Part shown: positions 1-8,570 of the stretch, one piece after another
How positions within the stretch are numbered: position 1 is the stretch's first letter
How the letters are laid out: each line of letters begins with the position of its first letter
Source: a virus
Lineage: Duplodnaviria > Caudoviricetes
IMG/VR virus record: IMGVR_UViG_3300032373_000016
Span: 1-50,485 of that record
Length of the DNA: 50,485 bases
Reading direction: 5' to 3' (one strand)
The notes under the pieces: model-generated
What the model was told of the DNA's origin: nothing
Database searches by the model: none
Seen by the model: only the letters and a program-made list of their open reading frames with translations
Translations under genes and position numbers: made by a program

Positions 1-127
1 GAACCGCGACGGCATCTATGCCAAGGATGTTCCCAAGGTACAGATCGACGGCAATGAGATTATCGATGGAACGATCCGCGGGATCTTTGTTCGCAACGTC
101 AACACGACGACGACCGATCATGTGACG
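1..127. repeat. 127-nt terminal direct repeat, identical to 50359-50485 (circular-assembly overlap)
   Basis: gaaccgcgacggcatctatg...gatcatgtgacg occurs at both ends. It falls inside a continuous reading frame, and 127 is a common assembler k-mer, so it is not a biological terminal repeat. Confidence 0.95.
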
Positions 128-889
128 ATTACAAACAACTATGCGGAAGGCTGCGGCAATAGCGGCCTCGAGCTTAATGACGCGGACCTGGTTGTATGCG
201 CCAATAACATGTGGCTGGACTGCGCCTCGCGAGGGGCGGTGTTCACCAATTGTGATGTGATCAACCATACCGGGGATCTATCGGATCGATGCAGCTCAAT
301 CGGCATCTACTATCTGAACTGCACGCACATCACTGGCAATGGCGTGACGGTCTATGATGCGGGACAAGGGCTTAGCAACCGAAGCGGTTTCCAAGTCGAC
401 GGCTGTACCGACTTGAAGTTGACCAACTGCCATGCGCGGATCCGTTCTGGAACGGCGATGCAGTATGGCATCAACTTCAACGGGTCGGGCAATTCGCAGA
501 TCCAGCTCACGTCTTGTGAGTTTGAAGGCACGGTGACTGATGTTACCGGGACAGCTCCATCAAATATCATTTGGACCGATTGTATCGCAGACATTCAAGC
601 GGGCTTCGGTCGGAAGGATCGGAGCATTAGCGGGACAACGTTGAACGCGAACCGCTGGGATCGTCACCTCTATGTTGGCGCGGGAACCATTCGGACGATT
701 GCGACGACCAACACGAGATCTGGGCAATTGCTTTTCTTGACGTTCTCCGGAACGGTGACGTTTGATCACGGTTTCGATAATGTCTTCTGCAACAATGATA
801 CCGATCAGGTCTGCGGCCCTTCAGGAAGTGGTAACATTCTTAGTGCCTGGGCCCGGCGCACCGGAAACAATTGGATCATCCAGACTTAG
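1..889 (+). CDS. C-terminal part of tailspike/tail fibre (beta-helix), continuing from 47804 across the junction
   Basis: ORF 122..889 is in frame with the ORF starting at 47804 once the overlap is removed. It has repeating beta-helix-type Asn/Cys/Gly-rich rungs. Confidence 0.9.
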   Translation, partial: NRDGIYAKDVPKVQIDGNEIIDGTIRGIFVRNVNTTTTDHVTITNNYAEGCGNSGLELNDADLVVCANNMWLDCASRGAVFTNCDVINHTGDLSDRCSSIGIYYLNCTHITGNGVTVYDAGQGLSNRSGFQVDGCTDLKLTNCHARIRSGTAMQYGINFNGSGNSQIQLTSCEFEGTVTDVTGTAPSNIIWTDCIADIQAGFGRKDRSISGTTLNANRWDRHLYVGAGTIRTIATTNTRSGQLLFLTFSGTVTFDHGFDNVFCNNDTDQVCGPSGSGNILSAWARRTGNNWIIQT

Positions 890-1910
890 AGAGGCGCTTG
901 ATATGGGCGGCAGCGATAGCGTGGGGTTTCACATAGATGCGGATCAGTTCTTTGACCTGCGCTACGCTCCAACCCATCACTCCGGCGATTTCCTCTTCTG
1001 GAATGCCCGCTTCGACCAAGACGGTTGCATAGGTATTCCGGAGCTGGTGAGCGGTGGCAGCAATGCCCAAGACCTTCGCCCTGTCGTTTATGAGCGCAGA
1101 GACAACACGTGGCTTGCACGGTCTTCCGTCTTCTTTGGTGAGCATATATGGCTGCAGTCCATGAGAGGATCTGAGCTGTCTGTTTTTGAGCTCGGTCAGG
1201 AAAGTCCGCCCCTCCAATGTGATTGGTATGACGGCCGTTCTGTTACCCTGACCTTTTGAAGTTCGAACAATCAGATAATCTTCCTGCCAGGAACTCCACC
1301 TTATAGCCGCCAGATCGCTTACGCGCAGTCCGGTAAGCATACCTAGTCTAAATGCGTCTTCGGCCTTCCTGGGGCAATCTGAGAGGAAGTTGTTGATATC
1401 GTCCTGCGACCAAGGTTCCTTCGCTTCGCTCTTCTGATAGAGCGCTTCGGTGTTTGCCGCTGGATTGTGTAAGATCTTGCCTTTGCGGTGAGCATACCCA
1501 AGAGCAATGCTGAAAGACGATACGTGCATGTCCGCGGAGCGGGGTGCGGTAGCACCAATCTCTTCCTGCCAATCGATGATCTCGCCCCGGAATTCTCGGG
1601 ACTCGATACGGTCAATGCTTGTGGATCCAAACCGCTTACGTGCGGCAGACAGGCAGCGGCTATAGTCAGCGCGTGTCTTGCTGGCCAGTGACAGAAACTT
1701 AGGGCTCTCGAGATACGCATCGATCAGAGCTGCGCAATCGCCTGTGGGATTGTCGACGGCATCGAAGGCGTCGGTGAAGTCTTTGGGATAGGGCGCCTCG
1801 ATCAGAGCGGCCGATGACCAGAAGCGCTTACCTGTCGAGATCGCATAGTAATAGATGCGAGGGCCTGACTTCAGGGTCTTGTGCGCGGTGCGGAAGTCTG
1901 AGCGTTTCAT
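876..1910 (-). CDS. int: Tyrosine recombinase / phage integrase
   Basis: Catalytic motifs TGLRVSD (R), TSKG (K), HQLR (H-x-x-R), MGW and IY are all present. Start MKRSDF follows a GGAGA RBS. Confidence 0.92.
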   Translation of the reverse strand: MKRSDFRTAHKTLKSGPRIYYYAISTGKRFWSSAALIEAPYPKDFTDAFDAVDNPTGDCAALIDAYLESPKFLSLASKTRADYSRCLSAARKRFGSTSIDRIESREFRGEIIDWQEEIGATAPRSADMHVSSFSIALGYAHRKGKILHNPAANTEALYQKSEAKEPWSQDDINNFLSDCPRKAEDAFRLGMLTGLRVSDLAAIRWSSWQEDYLIVRTSKGQGNRTAVIPITLEGRTFLTELKNRQLRSSHGLQPYMLTKEDGRPCKPRVVSALINDRAKVLGIAATAHQLRNTYATVLVEAGIPEEEIAGVMGWSVAQVKELIRIYVKPHAIAAAHIKRLSKSG

Positions 1911-2203
1911 GGTTTCTCCAATTGGGAATGATCGCAGCCACAAGGAACGGCATTTGGGTAGATCTCACGATCTATGGCTTCAGCCTCTTTGTAAGAAGGC
2001 AAAGCGTTCACGGCGTCCCGGCACTCAGGGCAGCAATTGTCGAGCTTGAAGCTCTCTCGATAATAAGATCCGAAGGGCGCGCCTGTAATGAACTGGGTCA
2101 ATTTGCAGCGCCACCCAAAAAACCGCCGCATAAGCGGTTTGTCCTTGCATCCCGGTATAAGTAAAAACACGCGTGGCTTTCTGCAGAGCAGATGCTGATC
2201 CAT
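1907..2203 (-). CDS. Hypothetical Cys-rich protein, translationally coupled to the integrase
   Basis: ACCAGGAG RBS; ATGA overlap with the int start; CCPEC and CGC motifs. Confidence 0.7.
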   Translation of the reverse strand: MDQHLLCRKPRVFLLIPGCKDKPLMRRFFGWRCKLTQFITGAPFGSYYRESFKLDNCCPECRDAVNALPSYKEAEAIDREIYPNAVPCGCDHSQLEKP

Positions 2204-2247
2204 TTTTGATTTCTCCTGGTTGCCGGTCTTTGGGGGACCGAGCCTGT

Positions 2248-2276
2248 TACATATGGATTGAATGTGGCTTATTCAA
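2248..2276 (-). promoter_or_regulatory. Sigma70-like promoter for the 2203/int unit
   Basis: TTGAAT-N17-TATGTA on the minus strand, directly followed by a CCCAA-loop hairpin (2224-2240) and an RBS. Confidence 0.55.
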
Positions 2277-2478
2277 GAAAGTCGAACATTGAATAAACCC
2301 GGCGAGACGTGGCTGCGCTCTTTTTCATTTTGGCCACGACTTCTTTGACCTGGTTAAAGTCGTCAGGGTCCATGTCTTTTCGGACGAGTAGATCGATCAG
2401 CTCTGCCCAATATTCCATGAGATCAGCATTGGACTTGTTGAGAGACAGGGAAGCCTGAAGCGGGGATCTATTTGTCAC
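2269..2478 (-). CDS. Hypothetical protein
   Basis: GTG start after GGAGG, overlapping the upstream stop. Confidence 0.6.
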   Translation of the reverse strand: MTNRSPLQASLSLNKSNADLMEYWAELIDLLVRKDMDPDDFNQVKEVVAKMKKSAATSRRVYSMFDFLE

Positions 2479-2758
2479 CGTCACCTCCAGCAGCGAGGAG
2501 CATGGCGGTGAAGACCCGTTCTGCATTTTCAGGATCAGGGTAGCCGCCGAAGCCTGCAAGCACACTGCCAGCCTCGACCATTTCTGCACTCGGCTCCATA
2601 AGCGCTTCTATAAGGGCCTTTTCGGCGGCTTGGGCGCGGGCGATATACATGGCTTTGACCTCATCAGACAGCGCCTGCCACTTAGTGATCGAGGGAAAAT
2701 GGTCACTTTCTGCCTGCCGGATCGCCCTCGCCACTGCCTCTGTTCTAGGATTGGTCAT
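2468..2758 (-). CDS. Hypothetical phage early protein
   Basis: EAVARAI...AL.EPS.EMVEAG...AML pattern typical of small alphaproteobacterial phage proteins; ATGA coupling. Confidence 0.7.
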   Translation of the reverse strand: MTNPRTEAVARAIRQAESDHFPSITKWQALSDEVKAMYIARAQAAEKALIEALMEPSAEMVEAGSVLAGFGGYPDPENAERVFTAMLLAAGGDGDK

Positions 2759-2949
2759 TGGTCGAGTTCCTTTTTCAGGATCGCGATGTAGGCTTGCTTG
2801 ATCATCCACTCAGGGACGGTTCGAAAACAGGCCCATTCATATTGAGGGTCATCCTCGTCGGTCGGCCTGACCCCAGCACCAAGACGGCCATCAGAGCTGA
2901 TTGAAAAGATAGGCGTGCGCCATTCATCGTTCTTTTGAGATTTAGTCAT
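2755..2949 (-). CDS. Hypothetical protein
   Basis: Overlap-coupled ORF in the early operon. Confidence 0.6.
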   Translation of the reverse strand: MTKSQKNDEWRTPIFSISSDGRLGAGVRPTDEDDPQYEWACFRTVPEWMIKQAYIAILKKELDQ

Positions 2950-3133
2950 TGCTCTGCCATCCTTCTGAAAGCCATTCGTCGTGCCAGCGGAAAAAGCGAT
3001 CCGGTAAGCGCTTGGTTAGGCGGTAAAGCCAACCCTCCCACCAATCGAGATAGTCGATCTGACCAGTTCGAACGTAATGGACCAATAGGCCGTCGCGCTT
3101 TTTCGTGACTTTGAAAACTGGTAGCTGTTCCAT
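2942..3133 (-). CDS. Hypothetical Trp-rich protein
   Basis: TGATG coupling to the upstream gene. Confidence 0.6.
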   Translation of the reverse strand: MEQLPVFKVTKKRDGLLVHYVRTGQIDYLDWWEGWLYRLTKRLPDRFFRWHDEWLSEGWQSND

Positions 3134-4284
3134 CAGCTCTTCCTCTCTTGGCTAGTGGGAGGGGTGGTGAGCGCACCGCAAACGTCAGCGATCATCATGG
3201 CGAATATAGCGACTTCGGCGGTATCTAAGCCGCATTGTGCTTTTGATACTCCCATACGGGCGTGCTCATCCATCTGGCGAATGTAAACCTCCATCCCCTC
3301 TCGGAGGTCTTTGGGATTGCAGCTCTTCCAACTACTCTTACTGGTAATCGCGTCACGCTCTCGTAGGCCGGTTTCCATCAGATCGGCGAACGCTTTGACT
3401 TCCGGCCTCCACTCGTCACGCGATGCGAGGGCGGACTTGAGGGCCTCTATGTGCTTATCGCGGTCGCGATAAAAGTAAGTCCCTTCCATGTAGTTCCACG
3501 TGCTCATTTGAGGGTCTTCTAGCCATTCGAGAACTTTTTGCGCGGCCTCTCGCACCAACCCTGACACCGGGGCACTCTGTGTGGCGTGCTCGTAGGCTTG
3601 CTCTGCTTGAGGTTCGATCTCTTTTAAAGCTTCGGCGGCTCTGAAAAAGGCCTCGGCATGATCGATTTTGGAATGAACATAAGGCGTTTCAGTATCGCCT
3701 GAACACGAGGCGCAAACCTCTAATAATTCTTCGTCAAAAGGTGTTACGGGCTCGCCCTCAGAGAGCACCTTCTTGCATTTGGTACAGCGCTCGTATTCGT
3801 GAATGTCGCCTTCCGTGAATTGGCTGATTGTAGCCATGCCGGGGTCGATGCGACCAACCTTGAGCTGGCTTGCGCGCTCAAGATCACCATCTTTGATGGC
3901 GGCGACGTAGGACCATATTGCTGTCGATACTCCCGCGTAGATTTCATCCAGAAGGTATTTGGCTCTATCCACACTCGGTGTGGCGAGGGCTTGGCGGGCG
4001 ATTTCGCGAGACCACCACATATCAAGCGGAAACGTGACAAGCTCATCAGACTTTTCACAGCGCTCGGTGATTGTTGTGTTCGGATCAGCGATCTTCTCCA
4101 ACGCTTCCCGCAGTTCGCTCTCACCACGCGGCTCAATGAGCTTGAGTTCGCCGCTTGAAATCTCGTCAGGCGTGAAAGATGAACGCAATGTGTCGAACGC
4201 CATATTGAACTGCTCAGTGCTATAGTGCGCGTTGAAGTCGTGCTTTCGCACAACAACAAGTAGGGCCTCTCTCAAGCTATCCAT
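3133..4284 (-). CDS. Mosaic Ead/Eaa-like protein with a Zn-ribbon and a C-terminal MazG-like all-alpha domain
   Basis: CTKC...CASC; C-terminal FADLMETGLRERD...W..C...AEVAIFAMMIAD resembles the all-alpha NTP-pyrophosphatase-like domain of phage Ea proteins. Confidence 0.55.
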   Translation of the reverse strand: MDSLREALLVVVRKHDFNAHYSTEQFNMAFDTLRSSFTPDEISSGELKLIEPRGESELREALEKIADPNTTITERCEKSDELVTFPLDMWWSREIARQALATPSVDRAKYLLDEIYAGVSTAIWSYVAAIKDGDLERASQLKVGRIDPGMATISQFTEGDIHEYERCTKCKKVLSEGEPVTPFDEELLEVCASCSGDTETPYVHSKIDHAEAFFRAAEALKEIEPQAEQAYEHATQSAPVSGLVREAAQKVLEWLEDPQMSTWNYMEGTYFYRDRDKHIEALKSALASRDEWRPEVKAFADLMETGLRERDAITSKSSWKSCNPKDLREGMEVYIRQMDEHARMGVSKAQCGLDTAEVAIFAMMIADVCGALTTPPTSQERKS

Positions 4285-4504
4285 TGTTTCGGGCCTCCTT
4301 CATCGCGAACTGGGCCATTCTCATTCCCTCCAGAAAGGCGATACAATAAAGCTGTTGGGGGTTTGATTTGTGCATGTTCCGTTGAATCGTCGGGCCAACC
4401 AGATGCCAAGCATCGCTCATATTCACCCGAAGGCGCTCGAAATGAGTGACGGGAACCAATGGAACTTTGTCAAAGACGGTTATGTATCTCTGCTTCTTAG
4501 GCAT
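4277..4504 (-). CDS. Hypothetical protein
   Basis: AGGAGG RBS before MPKKQ. Confidence 0.65.
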   Translation of the reverse strand: MPKKQRYITVFDKVPLVPVTHFERLRVNMSDAWHLVGPTIQRNMHKSNPQQLYCIAFLEGMRMAQFAMKEARNNG

Positions 4505-5093
4505 CTCGGCCTCCTTCGTCTGAGGGGTGGGTGGCGAGCTTGCCAAACTCAATCAGGAACTCAGAACAAGCTGAAAGCCAGTCTAGCGGTTCAATGGTTT
4601 GTTCGAGTGGTGGGTACTTTGAGAGCCCATTCCACTCATCGGCGGCGCCTGATGTCAGATCACGTTGCTCGGTGCGCAAGAGGCGAAGGTCCGCGCGCTT
4701 GATTTCTGGGTGCTTAATGTCCGATAGCTGCAGGCCAAAACGAGCGCAAACAGCCTCCTCAACGCGGCTCTCAATCACCTTATAGTCGGGCAAAAGCTGT
4801 TTCAGTGGACCAACTATGTCGCCAATATAGGCTTCCGCAGCATCATGCATGAGGGCGGCAAATTTCAGTTCGTCCGGAACAATTGAGCTTACTAATACCG
4901 AGTGCTGAGCAACGGAGTAGAAGTTGAGAGCCTGACCACCGAAGCGCGCAGTCTGCGACAGCCCCTGAGCAATATCCTCAATATGTATCATGTCCGGTTG
5001 CGGGCTCAAAAAGTCGAAGTAGCGACCCGTCTTGAGAATGATTGTTGCGCCAACGACGCCTGTTTTTGACTTTAAAGTTTGTGCGGTGGTCAT
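4497..5093 (-). CDS. HD-domain phosphohydrolase (YfdR/YfbR-like 5'-deoxynucleotidase family)
   Basis: IEDIAQGLS..RFGG...YSVAQHS...ALMHDAAEAYIGD..PLK motifs. Confidence 0.88.
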   Translation of the reverse strand: MTTAQTLKSKTGVVGATIILKTGRYFDFLSPQPDMIHIEDIAQGLSQTARFGGQALNFYSVAQHSVLVSSIVPDELKFAALMHDAAEAYIGDIVGPLKQLLPDYKVIESRVEEAVCARFGLQLSDIKHPEIKRADLRLLRTEQRDLTSGAADEWNGLSKYPPLEQTIEPLDWLSACSEFLIEFGKLATHPSDEGGRDA

Positions 5094-5479
5094 GACCCCG
5101 TCTCCCCTGTGGCTTGGCTCTTATGCCGTTCTGTGAAGGCAGCTGCGGCGCGAAGAAGCCCGAACTCAAGCTCCGTGGCGCAGGTGTCTTCGTCGTCAAG
5201 TCCGTGGATTTCGTCGCGCTCTAGCCAAAAGCGAGCCAGCTTTTCTATCGGCCCAATCACTTCAAGCGCTTTGTCTAGCTCTGCGCGGAGGGTGGCGTTT
5301 TCGTCCAATTGCCGGGAAATGACTTCCCACGCTTCGTTGTCGAAGTCGGCGTCTTTAGTCTGGCCGGTATCACGCAACAGCTCGATTTTGTTTCGAACAA
5401 TCCAATAGATGCGCTTTCGTGCGGCGATCAGTGGCATTTCACCCTCAGCCAATCGCTTCAGTTCGTCTGTATTGGTCAT
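5090..5479 (-). CDS. Hypothetical protein
   Basis: GGGAGA RBS; ATGA coupling downstream. Confidence 0.65.
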   Translation of the reverse strand: MTNTDELKRLAEGEMPLIAARKRIYWIVRNKIELLRDTGQTKDADFDNEAWEVISRQLDENATLRAELDKALEVIGPIEKLARFWLERDEIHGLDDEDTCATELEFGLLRAAAAFTERHKSQATGETGS

Positions 5480-5494
5480 TGGTCGTTGGTCTCC

Positions 5495-5731
5495 CTAATC
5501 GAGAGGGATGGCGCAGAATGAGCCATCTGGTGAAATGGTTTTGCACTGAAGCTTGCTCGGTGCATCGTCCGGATTATCATTGAGCTCATAGTAAATGAGC
5601 GCAGCGACGGCAGCGCCGAACACGCCCCACGCTATGTTCTCGCGATCAATCTCAACGCCATTGATCTTGGCGGGCATAGATTGGCATCCCGCCAAAGCCA
5701 GTGCCGTTGCTGCGATAGCAATTCGTTTCAT
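5495..5731 (-). CDS. Small lipoprotein
   Basis: Signal peptide MKRIAIAATALA-LAGC lipobox plus a second hydrophobic segment; CCAGGAG RBS. Confidence 0.75.
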   Translation of the reverse strand: MKRIAIAATALALAGCQSMPAKINGVEIDRENIAWGVFGAAVAALIYYELNDNPDDAPSKLQCKTISPDGSFCAIPLD

Positions 5732-5814
5732 TTCTTTCTCCTGGGTGATAGCGCCAAGGCCACGCAGAGCGCGACCAAGACGGCAGACATAAGTAACAGC
5801 CCATTCCCCGCCAT
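5728..5814 (-). CDS. 28-aa single-TM peptide (MAGNGLLLMSAVLVALCVALALSPRRKK), not in the ORF track
   Basis: Exactly fills the gap, with TAATG and ATGA overlaps on the two sides. Confidence 0.6.
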   Translation of the reverse strand: MAGNGLLLMSAVLVALCVALALSPRRKK

Positions 5815-6155
5815 TAGGCTGAGCTCGCCATTCCACGTGCGGCGAACTTGATCTCCAAGATCTTTCTAAGCTCAACCATCTCTTCAAACATCAAGCCAAC
5901 GCGGCGCTCGTCTTCGGGATCCACTTCGCCACCCTCGGACATGACGTTGAGCAGTGTAGAAAACACGTGATCGGCGCCAGCCATGTAGGCGCTGAACGCA
6001 CGCTCCTGCTCTTCGAAAGGCTCGTCGACCAGCCCCGTGACTTTCAGAAAGGCGGCAAAGCCAGCCATGACGACATGACCAGATTGGAGCGCGCCAAGCG
6101 TGAGCTTCTGCACGGCCTCTTCGATGATCTTCTCTTTGTTTTTCGCTTCGCCCAT
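5814..6155 (-). CDS. Hypothetical protein
   Basis: ORF in operon context; AF.AYMAGA..VF pattern seen in small phage proteins. Confidence 0.7.
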   Translation of the reverse strand: MGEAKNKEKIIEEAVQKLTLGALQSGHVVMAGFAAFLKVTGLVDEPFEEQERAFSAYMAGADHVFSTLLNVMSEGGEVDPEDERRVGLMFEEMVELRKILEIKFAARGMASSA

Positions 6156-6159
6156 TGGT

Positions 6160-6444
6160 CTAATCCATTTCCATTTCTATAGTGAGTACGCGCACAATCC
6201 GGTTCGGTCTGCCAAGTGCGGTGCCGGTGCGCTCTAGTTGAGTGCGGGCGTCCTGCAGGGACGTAATCTTGCGCTTTGATCGGTTCCAGTAATCCCCGAA
6301 CTTTATATCAACGCGGTAGTGCTCTTTGGTATTCTGAGCGACGGTATCGATGATAGCCTGAGTGATTTCCTGGGCTGTGCGGAACGGCGTGCCTTCTTCT
6401 TCAAGAAGCACATCGTTTACGATTGCGAATATCTCTTCTTTCAT
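6160..6444 (-). CDS. Hypothetical protein
   Basis: ATGA-coupled ORF. Confidence 0.65.
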   Translation of the reverse strand: MKEEIFAIVNDVLLEEEGTPFRTAQEITQAIIDTVAQNTKEHYRVDIKFGDYWNRSKRKITSLQDARTQLERTGTALGRPNRIVRVLTIEMEMD

Positions 6445-6785
6445 GCCGCTTTGACCTTGGTAAGATGTTCGAATTGACCTTTGTAGGTCTTGCTGACGTC
6501 CTGCGGCAGGCAGTGGCGAACACCAATGAGATTGTAGCCAACCTCTGCGGCGAACCGTGAAGCCGCTTCAACATCAGCCCCAAAGGCGCGGAAGGTCAAT
6601 GTGATGTTTGCCCCGTGATAGACAACCATCCATTGCTTGCGTCCTGGATCGCACACGGGCTCTGCAGCGATCTCTTGGTGCATGAGGCGGGCGGTGCGCG
6701 CAGGGTCCGCGATCATGCCACCTTCTCGCACGCCCCGCTTCATGGCCTGAAGCGCCAAGCGCTCAATTTGTTCCTGCGTTAGCAT
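6441..6785 (-). CDS. Hypothetical protein
   Basis: TGATG-coupled ORF. Confidence 0.65.
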   Translation of the reverse strand: MLTQEQIERLALQAMKRGVREGGMIADPARTARLMHQEIAAEPVCDPGRKQWMVVYHGANITLTFRAFGADVEAASRFAAEVGYNLIGVRHCLPQDVSKTYKGQFEHLTKVKAA

Positions 6786-7171
6786 CAGCCTTCCCCCTTT
6801 AAATAGTCGCGCGCTTCGATAACCGTATCAATGAAGTCAACCTCGGGATGCCCCACCTCTTCGATGCGCCAAATTACTCGACCATTGTCTGTTTTACCGG
6901 CGCAATCACCTTTGATATTCGTGAGCCTCTTAAGCAGGTCATCGGCAGTTTTGAGGCGTGCCTTAAGCTTGTCCATGTCCATTTCAATCGCTTCGTCTAT
7001 GCCGTCGCCCTCAAAGCCTTCCTCGGCAAGAATGTTGAATAGGATGTCCGCCGCCTGTTTTAGGTCACGCGTGATATTGCTTTGAGCGCGGCTGGCTTGC
7101 CTGCTACCGGATCGCGCCTCCGCAATGCATCGGCTGATGTCGATCAGTTTCTTTTTAGTCGGCTCTTTCAT
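6785..7171 (-). CDS. Hypothetical protein
   Basis: CCAGGAG RBS; TAATG coupling. Confidence 0.7.
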   Translation of the reverse strand: MKEPTKKKLIDISRCIAEARSGSRQASRAQSNITRDLKQAADILFNILAEEGFEGDGIDEAIEMDMDKLKARLKTADDLLKRLTNIKGDCAGKTDNGRVIWRIEEVGHPEVDFIDTVIEARDYLKGEG

Positions 7172-7341
7172 TATTCTCTCCTGGATTTGTCGAGGCGGCG
7201 TATCTCGCCCCGGCGTTTCTGAATTTCAATTTCGACCTGGTTGTATTGGGCTCGAACCTGGTCCCAGATCATGCCCACCTCTTCGAAAATTATCTCAAGG
7301 TGGGCAATTTCAGATTCAATTTCCTCTTTATTCCTGCTCAC
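7171..7341 (-). CDS. 56-aa coiled-coil-like protein (MSRNKEEIESEIAHLE...), not in the ORF track
   Basis: GTG start overlapping the RecT end; TAATG coupling to the next gene; heptad pattern. Confidence 0.6.
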   Translation of the reverse strand: MSRNKEEIESEIAHLEIIFEEVGMIWDQVRAQYNQVEIEIQKRRGEIRRLDKSRRE

Positions 7342-8557
7342 TTTTCAGATCTTTGGCGAGCTCTTCATAAAGCAAGTTGAATGTGGTCGGCACGCCTTTG
7401 CCATCGTACCAAGAGCACGATTTACAAAGCGTATGAATGGCGTCGAGGTCATCAATGTTGTCGGCTTGGCGCATGGCTTTTTTGCCGGCAAGCTTCGAAG
7501 GAAATGCGTCGGCCATGTCCTCTTCAGGCTCTTCCTTCGGTTCCTCTTTGGGCTTGGCGACGGTCTTTGTTTTCGCCTTCGGCTTCGGAGTATCCTTTTC
7601 TTCTGGTTCCGGCTCCGGTGCCGTGCCCTTGGCTTCTTCAGGAATGTCGTCACCCTCGAGCACGTCAGTTACATCTTCCGCTTCGGCCTCTTGGCTGTGC
7701 GGCTCCTCTTCAACCACTTCGGCTTCAATGGCTTCAGGCTCCGCGACAGTTTTGCCGGTCGAGAGATCCAGAATGTTGCCACTATTGGCAGGCGGTGCCG
7801 GTGGCAGGGTGTTCTCGCTGGTCTCAGATCCTGGAAGCTCATACATTCCATCGTCGCGCTGAATGAGATCGAGCACATCGGTTGAAAGCGGTGCGCGCTT
7901 AGCGAGTCGACGCAGCACTGTCTTCTTCCACATCTCGCTTTCGAAAGGTCCATCCCAAGGCCCGTTCTTGGCGCGAGAAATGTTCTTAACCGCCATGACC
8001 TGATCACGCCCCATAAGCTCGCGATAGATCCCGCCGTCTTTGGTTTTCAGAATAGCGTAACAGGCAATCATCTTGCCGCGGTTCTCAGCAAGCGACGGCC
8101 GGTGCATGATCCGCTCTTCATCGCCAAGCTCATAGTCAAAGTCGTCGGCATCATAGACGACCTGGGCGGACAGAGACGCCACTTCGCCAGACTGGCGCAT
8201 CATCTTCAAGATCCCGCCAATCATCGGCATGTACTGCGCCGTCGCTAGGGACCGGGTGATGTTGTCTGAGCACTTAATCTTTGTGTTGAAGACAACCAGC
8301 GCCGCTTCTCGGCCGTCTGGAAGCAATCCGTCTTTGGCTGCGGCAAGTGCCGACGACCATACTGACTGAGGGTTCTCGCTGACCGCGCGCAGCAAATCTT
8401 GATTGGTGCCAATGGCACTCGATAGGATCCGCTTGAAGCGATCGGGGGATACGTGGGCAGGCAGCGATGCTGCGAACTGTGGAGAGGCTTGCTCGAGCGC
8501 GCCCTTCCAGTTTTGGCGCACGGCCGGCGCCTTATTGGTTTTGGTTAGATCGTTCAC
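7328..8557 (-). CDS. recT: RecT-family single-strand annealing protein with an acidic C-terminal extension
   Basis: LP.HVSPDRF, GLLPDGREAALV, YMPMIGG, GPW..FESEMWKKTVLRRLAKRAPLS; GTG start after AAGGAG. Confidence 0.9.
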   Translation of the reverse strand: MNDLTKTNKAPAVRQNWKGALEQASPQFAASLPAHVSPDRFKRILSSAIGTNQDLLRAVSENPQSVWSSALAAAKDGLLPDGREAALVVFNTKIKCSDNITRSLATAQYMPMIGGILKMMRQSGEVASLSAQVVYDADDFDYELGDEERIMHRPSLAENRGKMIACYAILKTKDGGIYRELMGRDQVMAVKNISRAKNGPWDGPFESEMWKKTVLRRLAKRAPLSTDVLDLIQRDDGMYELPGSETSENTLPPAPPANSGNILDLSTGKTVAEPEAIEAEVVEEEPHSQEAEAEDVTDVLEGDDIPEEAKGTAPEPEPEEKDTPKPKAKTKTVAKPKEEPKEEPEEDMADAFPSKLAGKKAMRQADNIDDLDAIHTLCKSCSWYDGKGVPTTFNLLYEELAKDLKSEQE

Positions 8558-8570
8558 TGTATTCTCCTTG

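Noticed and set aside
762-1259. 165-aa + strand ORF and similar long antisense ORFs (e.g. 7241-7885, 12965-13612, 39974-40663)
   Set aside because: They are antisense or out-of-frame shadows of well-supported genes in GC-rich DNA, with no RBS or motifs.
4497-5093. DatZ/PurZ aminoadenine (Z-genome) pathway
   Set aside because: No PurZ/adenylosuccinate-synthetase-like gene or DNA polymerase is recognisable.
7248-7258. GGTTCGAGCCC (minus strand) as a tRNA T-arm or attP core
   Set aside because: Only 2 bp of stem close, there is no acceptor arm, and it lies within a plausible 56-aa ORF.
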